Below are positions 8,465 through 16,375 of a stretch of 45,356 nucleotides of DNA, in pieces; position 1 is the stretch's first letter; every line of letters begins with the position of its first letter. Origin of the DNA: a virus (taxonomy: Duplodnaviria > Caudoviricetes). Under the pieces are notes generated by a model. That model was not told the origin of the DNA, ran no database searches, and worked only from the letters and a program-made list of their open reading frames with translations. Position numbers and translations under genes: made by a program. The DNA lies in IMG/VR virus record IMGVR_UViG_3300040735_000029, positions 1-45,356 of that record; one strand, written 5' to 3'.

Positions 8465-10011
8465 TAGAATTCCTCCGGCAATGGTTCTGGGGGATCAAAA
8501 TCCTGGTCTTGCCTCTTAAATGCAGGTATAGACCAGCATGAAACACAGGCACCTTTGATCATAAATTTGTGATGTTCAGCACCCCTCCTTCTCAGGATAG
8601 CATAGATTTCACGTTCTTTGAACTCCTTGAACCTGTTGGTATCAAGGTATCTTGTGAACTCTGTTGACCTGAAGTATACCCTATCATTATTTGTCCACGG
8701 CTTGCCAAGTTTCAATTCATCCTGTGTTCTTGCCTGTACCCTCCCTGTACAGTAGTTTTCAAGGTGGATCCAAAGCTGCCCTTCAGGGCCTGCATCTCCA
8801 GCAAGTTCATAAGTATCAGCAGATGATAAAAGCTCATTCATCTTATTGGCCCATCTGTTTTCATCTACAGGCAGGTTCACCCTTTTGAACATTTTCAGGA
8901 ACTGCCTGTTAAACTTTATTTGGCTAGTGACCATATCAATAGTCACATCAAACTCTGTTCCATTGATATTGAATACCCAGTATGGCTCATCAGAACTTCC
9001 GATAGCAGGTTCATAGCACTTGACAGGTTTTTCAACTTCATCAAGGATGCAAGGCCGAGTCACCTTCTGGGTGGCTCCACTTTTGTAGCTGCCAGACTCA
9101 CTGATCAGCCCATACTTTCTGGTAAAGCAAAGAGCTTTGTTACAGTATCCACAGATTGGTGGCTCTTGACATCTGTAAACATACTTCTTCTTGTCCAGAC
9201 TTTTGATTACCTGCTGGACTTCTTGAGCTGACCCTGGGCCAAGGAATCTCTTATTGTAATCATAAAGTTTCACGTGCCAGTCTTCTGGGAACTTCATCCT
9301 TGCATATACCCCCAGGTCAAACAAGGCATTGTTCATGCTGCCCCCTGGGAATCCCTGGGCAACAAGTATTTCCAAGCAAGGAGGGGCATCGCTGAATTCA
9401 GCTTCAGGAATCACAATCTCAGGTAGATCAGATTCCAACACCCTTATGGAATTGGCAAAATCAAGAAAGCCAACTGCACACAGACGTTCACCCTTGCTAA
9501 TACAGAATCTGTCTGTATCATCTACATTAAAGTAAGGCATATTGATCCAGTTGCCAATATCCCTCTTTGGATCAATAGTGTCTTGTTTAGGGAAAATCTC
9601 AGCAGCAGGGTGACCAAGTGATACTGCTATTTCTTTGAGCTTGCTGCGGATAATGCTGGAGGGTATTGGTTCTGCGGTAAATATGAATATGTGTGCTCCA
9701 CCAGACTTGCTTCTACAAACTGCTAGTGGCCAAGAGTGCCTCTCAATTGTTTCTGTGAGAGATATGATATCAAAGTTATCATAGTTATCAATATCAATAG
9801 CACCAAATGATACTGTGCTATCCTCTTTTATGGGCACTATGCCCAAGCCCTTGATTCCGCTGAGATGTAGCTCCCAGTTCAGGGCAGTGACTTGTTTCTT
9901 TACAGTCTTTGCTTTGCCTTTTGCCTTCTTGCCAGCCTCCACTTTTGGGGCATCATATTCTCCATAGGCTAATGACAGACCTGAAAATAATTCCATGAAT
10001 TTGTTGACCAT
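8464..10011 (-). CDS. archaeo-eukaryotic-type primase (AEP) with Cys-rich C-terminal region
   Basis: AIDID, RSKSGGAH, EIFPKQ, GNWINMPY, PPCL, C-x5-C-x2-C-x4-C; start reassigned to the ATG at 10011 (GGAGG RBS). Confidence 0.85.
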   Translation of the reverse strand: MVNKFMELFSGLSLAYGEYDAPKVEAGKKAKGKAKTVKKQVTALNWELHLSGIKGLGIVPIKEDSTVSFGAIDIDNYDNFDIISLTETIERHSWPLAVCRSKSGGAHIFIFTAEPIPSSIIRSKLKEIAVSLGHPAAEIFPKQDTIDPKRDIGNWINMPYFNVDDTDRFCISKGERLCAVGFLDFANSIRVLESDLPEIVIPEAEFSDAPPCLEILVAQGFPGGSMNNALFDLGVYARMKFPEDWHVKLYDYNKRFLGPGSAQEVQQVIKSLDKKKYVYRCQEPPICGYCNKALCFTRKYGLISESGSYKSGATQKVTRPCILDEVEKPVKCYEPAIGSSDEPYWVFNINGTEFDVTIDMVTSQIKFNRQFLKMFKRVNLPVDENRWANKMNELLSSADTYELAGDAGPEGQLWIHLENYCTGRVQARTQDELKLGKPWTNNDRVYFRSTEFTRYLDTNRFKEFKEREIYAILRRRGAEHHKFMIKGACVSCWSIPAFKRQDQDFDPPEPLPEEF

Positions 10012-10033
10012 TAAACCCCTCCCCAGAACAAGC

Positions 10034-10062
10034 AAAAATAGGGGGCCATTTCTGGCCCCCTA
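10034..10062 (-). terminator. Rho-independent terminator after the putative SSB gene
   Basis: 10-bp stem tagggggcca/tggcccccta with a U-tract on the - strand. Confidence 0.75.
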
Positions 10063-10076
10063 CAGGCACTGACCTG

Positions 10077-10865
10077 CTAGAAGTTATCTTCTGCCCCAGC
10101 CCCATCATCAGAAGCAGACACTTTACCAGCCTTGATAAGGGCCATAAACGCTTTTGCCATATCATACTGGCTACGGTCCTGAATCTGGGAAACGTGCTCA
10201 ATCTTCCATCCCATCCAGGTTCCCTTGTCATTGGGAGGGTCAGCAACAACAGTCAGCCGGTATATCTGGCTGAACATAGGCAGAGTCTGCCCTTTTGTCT
10301 TGATATTGGTCATCATGGACATCCATTTCTTTGACTTCTTGATCTGGGTGCTTGACATGCTAATCAGTGCAGGTTCAAGTGCCCCATCATCCTTGATGAC
10401 CAGAACGTAATGCTGGCGAGCATCAGATATAACATTCCCATTGGCATCAACTTCAACAGTCTGCCCCTTATCATTGGTAACATTCCGCTTCCGGCAGCAA
10501 GTATACTCTGCAATGCTGAGCCTTCCCCTCAGACCAGCCCTGCCAGGCGCCCAGAGCAGATAGATATGCTCATATGAGCAGGGGATGACCAAGATGCCTT
10601 TGGTGCCATCAATGATTTCCTCAGTAACGGTGTTGAAGATGTGCCCCTCTTCAGCCCCTTTGATGTAGCCAGCATCAGACTTCTTGACCTGGGGGGACAT
10701 TGCCTGGAGGATACGCAGGAAAGGTATAGCATAGCTGTCAGAATCAGCATTCTCAAAGCCAGCACCCATATCCTCAGCAAAGTCAACAACAACAGGAGGG
10801 GGAGCAGGTTCAGTTGTAATAACATCCTTCTCAGTCACAACTTTCTCTTCAGCAGCTTTTGCCAT
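10077..10865 (-). CDS. putative single-stranded DNA-binding/annealing protein
   Basis: IPFLRILQxxSPQ and MSSTQIKKSKKW, acidic tail ending in F; position in the replication block. Confidence 0.6.
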   Translation of the reverse strand: MAKAAEEKVVTEKDVITTEPAPPPVVVDFAEDMGAGFENADSDSYAIPFLRILQAMSPQVKKSDAGYIKGAEEGHIFNTVTEEIIDGTKGILVIPCSYEHIYLLWAPGRAGLRGRLSIAEYTCCRKRNVTNDKGQTVEVDANGNVISDARQHYVLVIKDDGALEPALISMSSTQIKKSKKWMSMMTNIKTKGQTLPMFSQIYRLTVVADPPNDKGTWMGWKIEHVSQIQDRSQYDMAKAFMALIKAGKVSASDDGAGAEDNF

Positions 10866-10877
10866 GGGTAATCTCCT

Positions 10878-11432
10878 TTACTTGATTATTGCTTTTTTGT
10901 ACTGGTGGATATTGAAAATATCCTCAGGAAACTCATTGCCTTTTGACAACCCCTCTTTGATTGTTGCCTTCAGGGTCTGTGGATGGACAGAAAGATTCTC
11001 CACAGCATCATATCCACAGTTCTTGCAAACCTCCAGAAGGGCAGCAGCCTTGTCCCTATCCCCTTTGCCAAATTTGACTTCCACCTTTGGCTTGATAATG
11101 CCACTATAACCATGGCATTCAAACCATTCAAGGGCAGCTTCTGATTTATTAGCCTTGATGCTGGCAGCAACATCATCCTTGATCTCAATCTTGGAACCAC
11201 TTATCAACTTGAAAGATTTGACTCCTGCCTGGGCCATTGCTTCAGGGAGCAGGTATTCCTGAATGTTGCGGAGCTTTTCTTTGGCTGATAAGAGCTTTTC
11301 TTCCATCTGCTGGATATGCTTCTGCCATTCAAGCTGGGCCATTGCCAGGGCTGAAATATCTCTTACATCATTAGTGCTGACCTCTATATTAGTATCAGCA
11401 GCATCAGAAAGCATCAGATCAGCAAGTTCCAT
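10878..11432 (-). CDS. conserved phage replication-module protein (coiled coil, LPEAM...VHPQTLKA)
   Basis: family pattern seen next to SSB in related podoviruses; AAGGAG RBS before the ATG at 11432. Confidence 0.65.
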   Translation of the reverse strand: MELADLMLSDAADTNIEVSTNDVRDISALAMAQLEWQKHIQQMEEKLLSAKEKLRNIQEYLLPEAMAQAGVKSFKLISGSKIEIKDDVAASIKANKSEAALEWFECHGYSGIIKPKVEVKFGKGDRDKAAALLEVCKNCGYDAVENLSVHPQTLKATIKEGLSKGNEFPEDIFNIHQYKKAIIK

Positions 11433-11676
11433 CAGCTTTCTCCTTGCTATACATTGGTAAGATTCTATTACTATCAGCAATGATCATCACATCACACTCA
11501 CCATCAACAGGCAGGTAGTCATATTTACACATCTTGCCATTAAAAGAGGCTTCAATCGGTTGGGAACCAATAAGGACACTTGCAATGTATCCAGCACACT
11601 TTGGATCCAGGGGTTTAGTCATAAATTGGGCCAAATGATTATGACTCTTGAAAAGAATACGCACTTTTTCACTCAT
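11419..11676 (-). CDS. hypothetical protein
   Basis: ORF coupled to both neighbours. Confidence 0.6.
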   Translation of the reverse strand: MSEKVRILFKSHNHLAQFMTKPLDPKCAGYIASVLIGSQPIEASFNGKMCKYDYLPVDGECDVMIIADSNRILPMYSKEKADGTC

Positions 11677-12029
11677 TCTTCAGTTCTCCTTTTGGCACAG
11701 TTAAGGTCAACTTGCACTTCGATGTAACGCTTGGCATCTCTGTCCCACTTCAGTAGCTTGCACCTCCCATTGTTTATTTCAGAGACAACCATTGCTGCGA
11801 TGAATATGGCAGAAGGGTCACCAACTGATACCATATAGTCATCATCTGTGAAATTGCGCAATTGATACTTGAGAGCTGAAACTGTCGGCCCTGGGGCAAG
11901 AGATACCCTGCCATGAGGCAAACAGACCACAGGATCACCATACTCAAGCACCTTCCGAAAGTCCATAACAGGGGCTAAAACATTGCCTTCCCTGCGCATG
12001 GGTTCCTGAATGATATAGCACTTTGGCAT
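11673..12029 (-). CDS. conserved phage hypothetical protein
   Basis: AAAGGA RBS and upstream promoter; DDYMVSVGDP...LKWDR pattern. Confidence 0.7.
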   Translation of the reverse strand: MPKCYIIQEPMRREGNVLAPVMDFRKVLEYGDPVVCLPHGRVSLAPGPTVSALKYQLRNFTDDDYMVSVGDPSAIFIAAMVVSEINNGRCKLLKWDRDAKRYIEVQVDLNCAKRRTEE

Positions 12030-12058
12030 CTTTTTGTCCTTTCAGTTCTAGTCCAGAG

Positions 12059-12087
12059 AGTATATCTTTGGGAAAAATTAAAGTAAA
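12059..12087 (-). promoter_or_regulatory. sigma70-like promoter
   Basis: TTTACT-17-TATACT. Confidence 0.65.
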
Positions 12088-12108
12088 GAGGGATTTTAAA
12101 TCAGCTAT

Positions 12109-13617
12109 TTAAAGCCAGCTGTCTAATGGATCATCACCAGTAATGACATCTGCAATGTTACGTTTGTTGCGAAGAACAGTTACAATTGTCTCATCAATAG
12201 TGTCAGATGCTATCATGTCAACATACAGGACACTCTTGGTCTGTCCAATGCGATGTGCCCTATCTTCTGACTGTAACCTATTCTCCAGAGAAAAATCATT
12301 GCTGTAATAAATGACTGTGTTGGCTGCGTGAAGGGTCAAACCCTTCCCACCAGCCTGGACATGGCCTATGAAATACTTGACTGCAGGGTCTTTCTGGAAC
12401 TTTTCAATGTTGAGAACCCTGGTTGAAGGGTCCACTCCTCCATGGTATTCAACAATTGATTGAAAACCATACTTCTGGCCTATTGCTAAGGCAATAGATT
12501 CAATCTCAGCACGAAACCTGGCCCAGATGATAACTTTTCCCTGGGTATCTTCAAGAAAGTCCATCAGAGACTGCACTCTTGAATTAACAAGATCAATAGG
12601 CTCTGGCCTGTGAACAATTTGTGGAGCTTCAGGCATATCACCAAGTTGATCAAAGTCAATGTCCAAGTCAACCAACTCCTGATCCTGGACAAAGAATCCA
12701 CCAACAATCTGCTGGAGGCGCAGGATTTTTGTCAGCCCCATTGTAGCAGACATGAACTTGCCATTGAACTCTGCAATAATGCTCTTTTTCAAGTCAGTGT
12801 ATATTCTTTTCTGACTTGGAGATAGTTCAACATACAGCTTTGTGTATACCTTTTCAGGCAGATCAAGGCACTCATCCTTTGTCACCCTAAATGAATGAGG
12901 TGATATAAGAGATTGCAGTTCATCAAGGTTAACATAGCTCTGGACAGTTTGGAATGTCCGACCATTGGATTTGACCTCCTTCATGACTGCATACCTGCCC
13001 CTGAAGGCATAATAGCTTTGAGTCTGCAGAATGTAAGGGTCAAGGAACTGGAACTGCGAGAATACATCCAAGGGGCCTTGTGTAACTGGAGTCCCTGTGA
13101 GAATCCTTCTGTATCTAGCTTGTTTGGCAATCTTTAACAGGGCCTTTGTCCTGATTGCCTTGTGGTTCTTGATTATGGTGCTTTCATCAACAACAATCAT
13201 GCTTCTCATTGAGTTGACCAGGTTGCCTATGATTGTTTGGCCCTTCTTGGTGGCCAAGGCTTCAATGTTGAAAGCCAATACCTTGAGGCCAAATTTGGAG
13301 TTGAGAACAGCATTGATCTTAGCCTCTTCAGCCTTTGTCATGCTGCTACGGTAGATTGCTGCTTGAACACAGTAATGCTCAGGAGCATGGGTTGGTATCT
13401 CATTAACTACCCAGTTGGTGTGAACTCCATTAGGGGCAATAACAATGAGAAGATCAATCTCTCCCTTGCCAAACAGCCAGCATGCAGTGTCTATGGCTAC
13501 CTTTGTCTTACCAGTCCCTTGCTCCATGAACAAGGCAAAACTGTCTCTGTCCCTGGACAGCAGGAATGCCTGCTCCTGATGCTTAAATGGGGTTGTCTTG
13601 TAAACATATTCAGTCAT
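12109..13617 (-). CDS. SNF2-family helicase
   Basis: EQGTGKT, DEST, LTGTP, LRLQQI, GKGLTL, QSEDRAHRIGQ. Confidence 0.95.
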   Translation of the reverse strand: MTEYVYKTTPFKHQEQAFLLSRDRDSFALFMEQGTGKTKVAIDTACWLFGKGEIDLLIVIAPNGVHTNWVVNEIPTHAPEHYCVQAAIYRSSMTKAEEAKINAVLNSKFGLKVLAFNIEALATKKGQTIIGNLVNSMRSMIVVDESTIIKNHKAIRTKALLKIAKQARYRRILTGTPVTQGPLDVFSQFQFLDPYILQTQSYYAFRGRYAVMKEVKSNGRTFQTVQSYVNLDELQSLISPHSFRVTKDECLDLPEKVYTKLYVELSPSQKRIYTDLKKSIIAEFNGKFMSATMGLTKILRLQQIVGGFFVQDQELVDLDIDFDQLGDMPEAPQIVHRPEPIDLVNSRVQSLMDFLEDTQGKVIIWARFRAEIESIALAIGQKYGFQSIVEYHGGVDPSTRVLNIEKFQKDPAVKYFIGHVQAGGKGLTLHAANTVIYYSNDFSLENRLQSEDRAHRIGQTKSVLYVDMIASDTIDETIVTVLRNKRNIADVITGDDPLDSWL

Positions 13618-13913
13618 TATTCAGCCTCTTCATCAACAGCATTGGAAAGTCTGTTAATGTCTCTCTGGATAAGGATTTCTGCCCTGGCAAGAATATTGGC
13701 AGTCTGTTCCTCCAGAATCTGCTTCTGGGCAAGTAGGACATACTCTGCCCTGAACTCAGCATCATCACTGGAATCACTTGCACCTCCAGTTACAAGCCTA
13801 CCATCTGTATGACCATTGGCTTCAGCAACAGCTGCCTTTGCTTCTTTCAGCTTTTCCACCAGTGCCTTACAGCTGATTTTCCTGAAACTGCCCTTGCTCT
13901 TGATGTATATCAT
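13617..13913 (-). CDS. hypothetical protein
   Basis: AAGGAG RBS; coupled to the helicase start. Confidence 0.65.
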   Translation of the reverse strand: MIYIKSKGSFRKISCKALVEKLKEAKAAVAEANGHTDGRLVTGGASDSSDDAEFRAEYVLLAQKQILEEQTANILARAEILIQRDINRLSNAVDEEAE

Positions 13914-13922
13914 ATCATCTCC

Positions 13923-14030
13923 TTACTGGCAAGGGGAATAACCACAGCTGGAACAGAACCAGCATCCACTTGCAAATGTCATTCTTGCTCCACAGTCAGG
14001 ACACAATCCATCCCTCGGCTTAATTCCCAT
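13923..14030 (-). CDS. 35-aa zinc-ribbon protein MGIKPRDGLCPDCGARMTFASGCWFCSSCGYSPCQ
   Basis: translated by hand; AAAGGA RBS; fills the operon gap; CxxC...GCxxCxxCGYSxC. Confidence 0.7.
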   Translation of the reverse strand: MGIKPRDGLCPDCGARMTFASGCWFCSSCGYSPCQ

Positions 14031-14505
14031 GATGTTTTCCTTTCAGTTCAGATTCACCTTTGGCAAATTGATTTGGAAATTGATTCTGGCTCAGGATATC
14101 AAACAGTTCCCTGAACTCAATCTTTTTCTCCCAGTGCTTAAACTTGTACCATTCAGCTTTTGGCAGTCCTTGAAATGTCTGGATCACTTGTTTGTAGTCA
14201 AGAATGAAGAATGTATCAGCAATCCTGACTAAAACCCAAACTCCACCAGCAATGGCCCCTCTTCCCATAATCCAAATCTTCTGTTCCTGTCTCAGGGGGA
14301 GTTTGATAAGAGTGTCTTCTTTCTTTGGCCATTCAGGAATATATTTCAACTCCATGAAGCCATGTCTTGAATTCCTCTTGAGGACACTTGGCAGAGTGAA
14401 TACAACATCAGGTATGCCATTCCCTGCACTGGACTCTATCCTGGAGGCAAGCCAGAAGCTCTTCATACCCTCCTTAATGTATTTCCAGACTCCAGCTTCA
14501 TTCAT
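14020..14505 (-). CDS. PD-(D/E)XK nuclease (VRR-NUC/Holliday junction resolvase-like)
   Basis: RIE...GIPDV...FMELK...LRQEQKIW. Confidence 0.8.
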   Translation of the reverse strand: MNEAGVWKYIKEGMKSFWLASRIESSAGNGIPDVVFTLPSVLKRNSRHGFMELKYIPEWPKKEDTLIKLPLRQEQKIWIMGRGAIAGGVWVLVRIADTFFILDYKQVIQTFQGLPKAEWYKFKHWEKKIEFRELFDILSQNQFPNQFAKGESELKGKHHGN

Positions 14506-14876
14506 CGTTGGTCCCCCGTCAACTCCCTGTAGTATCTTGTGAACTTTTCCTGGGAGCCAGGCTTGATGCCCATGGACTTAACAATCTTGTAGAATGACAA
14601 TCCACCACCCCTCAATGATTTTATGGTATCAGTGTATTTGACAACAAATTGATACAGAGGGATTTTCGCACCATCAGTTGATATGTCAGCTACATCAACA
14701 GTAATAGCTCTCTTGGCCTCAGCCAGATTGATCATGGCCTTGGGTTGGAATGAAGGGTTCAGCTCTCTCCAGTATCCACAGAGGGTACAAGAGATGCCTG
14801 ATATTGGCTCTGACTCAGAATGAATCCTTTGCTTACAGATATAAGCAAACTGATTATGACATTTTGGGCATTCCAT
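14502..14876 (-). CDS. zinc-finger protein, possibly DNA-binding
   Basis: CPKC...CTLCG with a helical C-terminus. Confidence 0.6.
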   Translation of the reverse strand: MECPKCHNQFAYICKQRIHSESEPISGISCTLCGYWRELNPSFQPKAMINLAEAKRAITVDVADISTDGAKIPLYQFVVKYTDTIKSLRGGGLSFYKIVKSMGIKPGSQEKFTRYYRELTGDQR

Positions 14877-15033
14877 TGAAATCCCCCACCACAGGTTTTG
14901 TATTTACAGTTCTATACAACTGGATTGCAGCAAGTAAGCCAATGCCAACAATTGCAATGATTATAATGAATAACGTAACATTGATCATCCTGTCAGAATA
15001 CTTATCATCAAGAATAGGTCTATTGATATCCAT
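14854..15033 (-). CDS. small membrane protein
   Basis: one hydrophobic segment; GGAGG RBS before the ATG at 15033. Confidence 0.55.
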   Translation of the reverse strand: MDINRPILDDKYSDRMINVTLFIIIIAIVGIGLLAAIQLYRTVNTKPVVGDFNGMPKMS

Positions 15034-15149
15034 TAGTAAACCACCTCCAATCGGCAAAGCCTGCAAAAGAACAAATCTCCATCTGCTGTGCATCTTAAAT
15101 GGATCCATTCATGCTCACAGTTCTGCTGCTCAAGTGTAAGTAAACACAT
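15033..15149 (-). CDS. 38-aa Cys/His-rich protein MCLLTLEQQNCEHEWIHLRCTADGDLFFCRLCRLEVVY
   Basis: translated by hand; GGAGGTG RBS; TAATG overlap with the next gene; CxHxW...CxxC. Confidence 0.6.
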   Translation of the reverse strand: MCLLTLEQQNCEHEWIHLRCTADGDLFFCRLCRLEVVY

Positions 15150-15247
15150 CCTGAACACCTCCTCTTATGTGGTATATAGTTCTGAAAGGAGTATACCCTA
15201 TCAGGACTGAAAGGAGAAGTGTTTTTTTACTGGGAAAGGAAAAACCA

Positions 15248-15319
15248 AGAATCCGAAAATACCCCTATATAGGAACGAAAAAAAAATTTTTCGAAAATTT
15301 CTTGACCTGCAGTGTATTT
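15248..15319. repeat. inverted-repeat copy A (partner at 42001-42075)
   Basis: its reverse complement aligns with 42001-42075 with small indels and one short mismatched stretch. Confidence 0.9.
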
Positions 15320-15417
15320 TACGTATTTACGTATTTTACTGGGAGATATTCTTTCTAGGGGGCGGAGCATTTAAAAACTAAATTATTGAAATTACTAAAA
15401 ATTTTTCCTATATAAGC

Positions 15418-15517
15418 CCAGGGAACCCCACCCCTCATTAGAATACACACTCGAATATTTAAAAATCTTTTACGTATTTTCTGCTCTATTTTTTCCAGGG
15501 AACCCCACCCCTCATTA
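15418..15517. repeat. 23-bp direct repeat ccagggaaccccacccctcatta x2
   Basis: exact copies at 15418-15440 and 15495-15517. Confidence 0.9.
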
Positions 15518-15709
15518 TAGACTATAGTTTACACCTAAAAGTAGGGTAGGGGATACTATACCCCTACCCTTTGAAACCAGTCCTAGGCATAGATGCTTTC
15601 GCCTAGCACCCCCTTTTTCCTCCCCTTTTTCCTCCCCTTTTAGGGGCCGGAGCGATAACTTTTCCCAGTCCTGCTGGCTTGATTGTCTTTTTCATGTTTC
15701 CTCCAGTAA

Positions 15710-16375
15710 TTATCTGTCCTTTTCCATCGGGATCATCCCCAGGCCAAGTCCCACACCATACAGGCCACCATCTTTGGCTCTGCCCCTGACCTTTGTTTTC
15801 TTTGGTTCAAGTTGGATTATTTCCTTTGCACCTTTCACTCCATCAACATCCTCAATTATGAGATGGGTGATACCTTTTCCCTTTAACATCTCAGTAACAG
15901 ATGTTTTACTTGGTGCCCACATCTCTGTAAAGTGCTGCAGGTCACTCTCCTTGATTGAAACAACTTTGGAGTCAGGAGTTGGTCTGCCATATGACACATC
16001 AGAATGGTCTTTAAAATTCTCACCAGCATCAAGTATTTCATTCTCCATTCTTTCTTTGACTTTTTTGTTTCTGCCTGCTGCTTTGTCATATAGAGGGTCT
16101 AATGCATATGTGCTGAGCACAGCAGAATCATGGGCATTTGTTGAATAGTATTTCCCTTGTGGTTTCCAAATCTCACTATCAACAGCAGCATTTTGTGATT
16201 TAGAAAACCCAGCAGCATCCTTTAGTGAGTGTTTAACATTATCAACTCTGACAAGTCTTAATTTTCTCACTTCTTCTGGAGACAGCTCCTTGAAATTTGC
16301 TTTGAATGCAGATTCAAAAGCAGGACAGATGGAATCTTGGATGTTGAATACTCTATTTTTGTATTTTTTTTGCAA
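15710..16375 (-). CDS. ADP-ribosyltransferase-like domain, probably the frameshifted C-terminus of the upstream ejection protein
   Basis: no convincing start or RBS; LVR...GKYYST...GITHLII...KEII resembles R-S-E ART folds; A8 run at the overlap. Confidence 0.5.
   Translation of the reverse strand: MQKKYKNRVFNIQDSICPAFESAFKANFKELSPEEVRKLRLVRVDNVKHSLKDAAGFSKSQNAAVDSEIWKPQGKYYSTNAHDSAVLSTYALDPLYDKAAGRNKKVKERMENEILDAGENFKDHSDVSYGRPTPDSKVVSIKESDLQHFTEMWAPSKTSVTEMLKGKGITHLIIEDVDGVKGAKEIIQLEPKKTKVRGRAKDGGLYGVGLGLGMIPMEKDR

Larger units (their letters stand above)
15150..15709. other. non-coding region A, candidate replication origin/regulatory hub
   Basis: AT-rich; CCTATATAGG palindrome, GTATTT repeats, 23-bp direct repeat, hairpin at 15543-15570, CCCCTTTTTCCT repeats. 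Confidence 0.55.
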
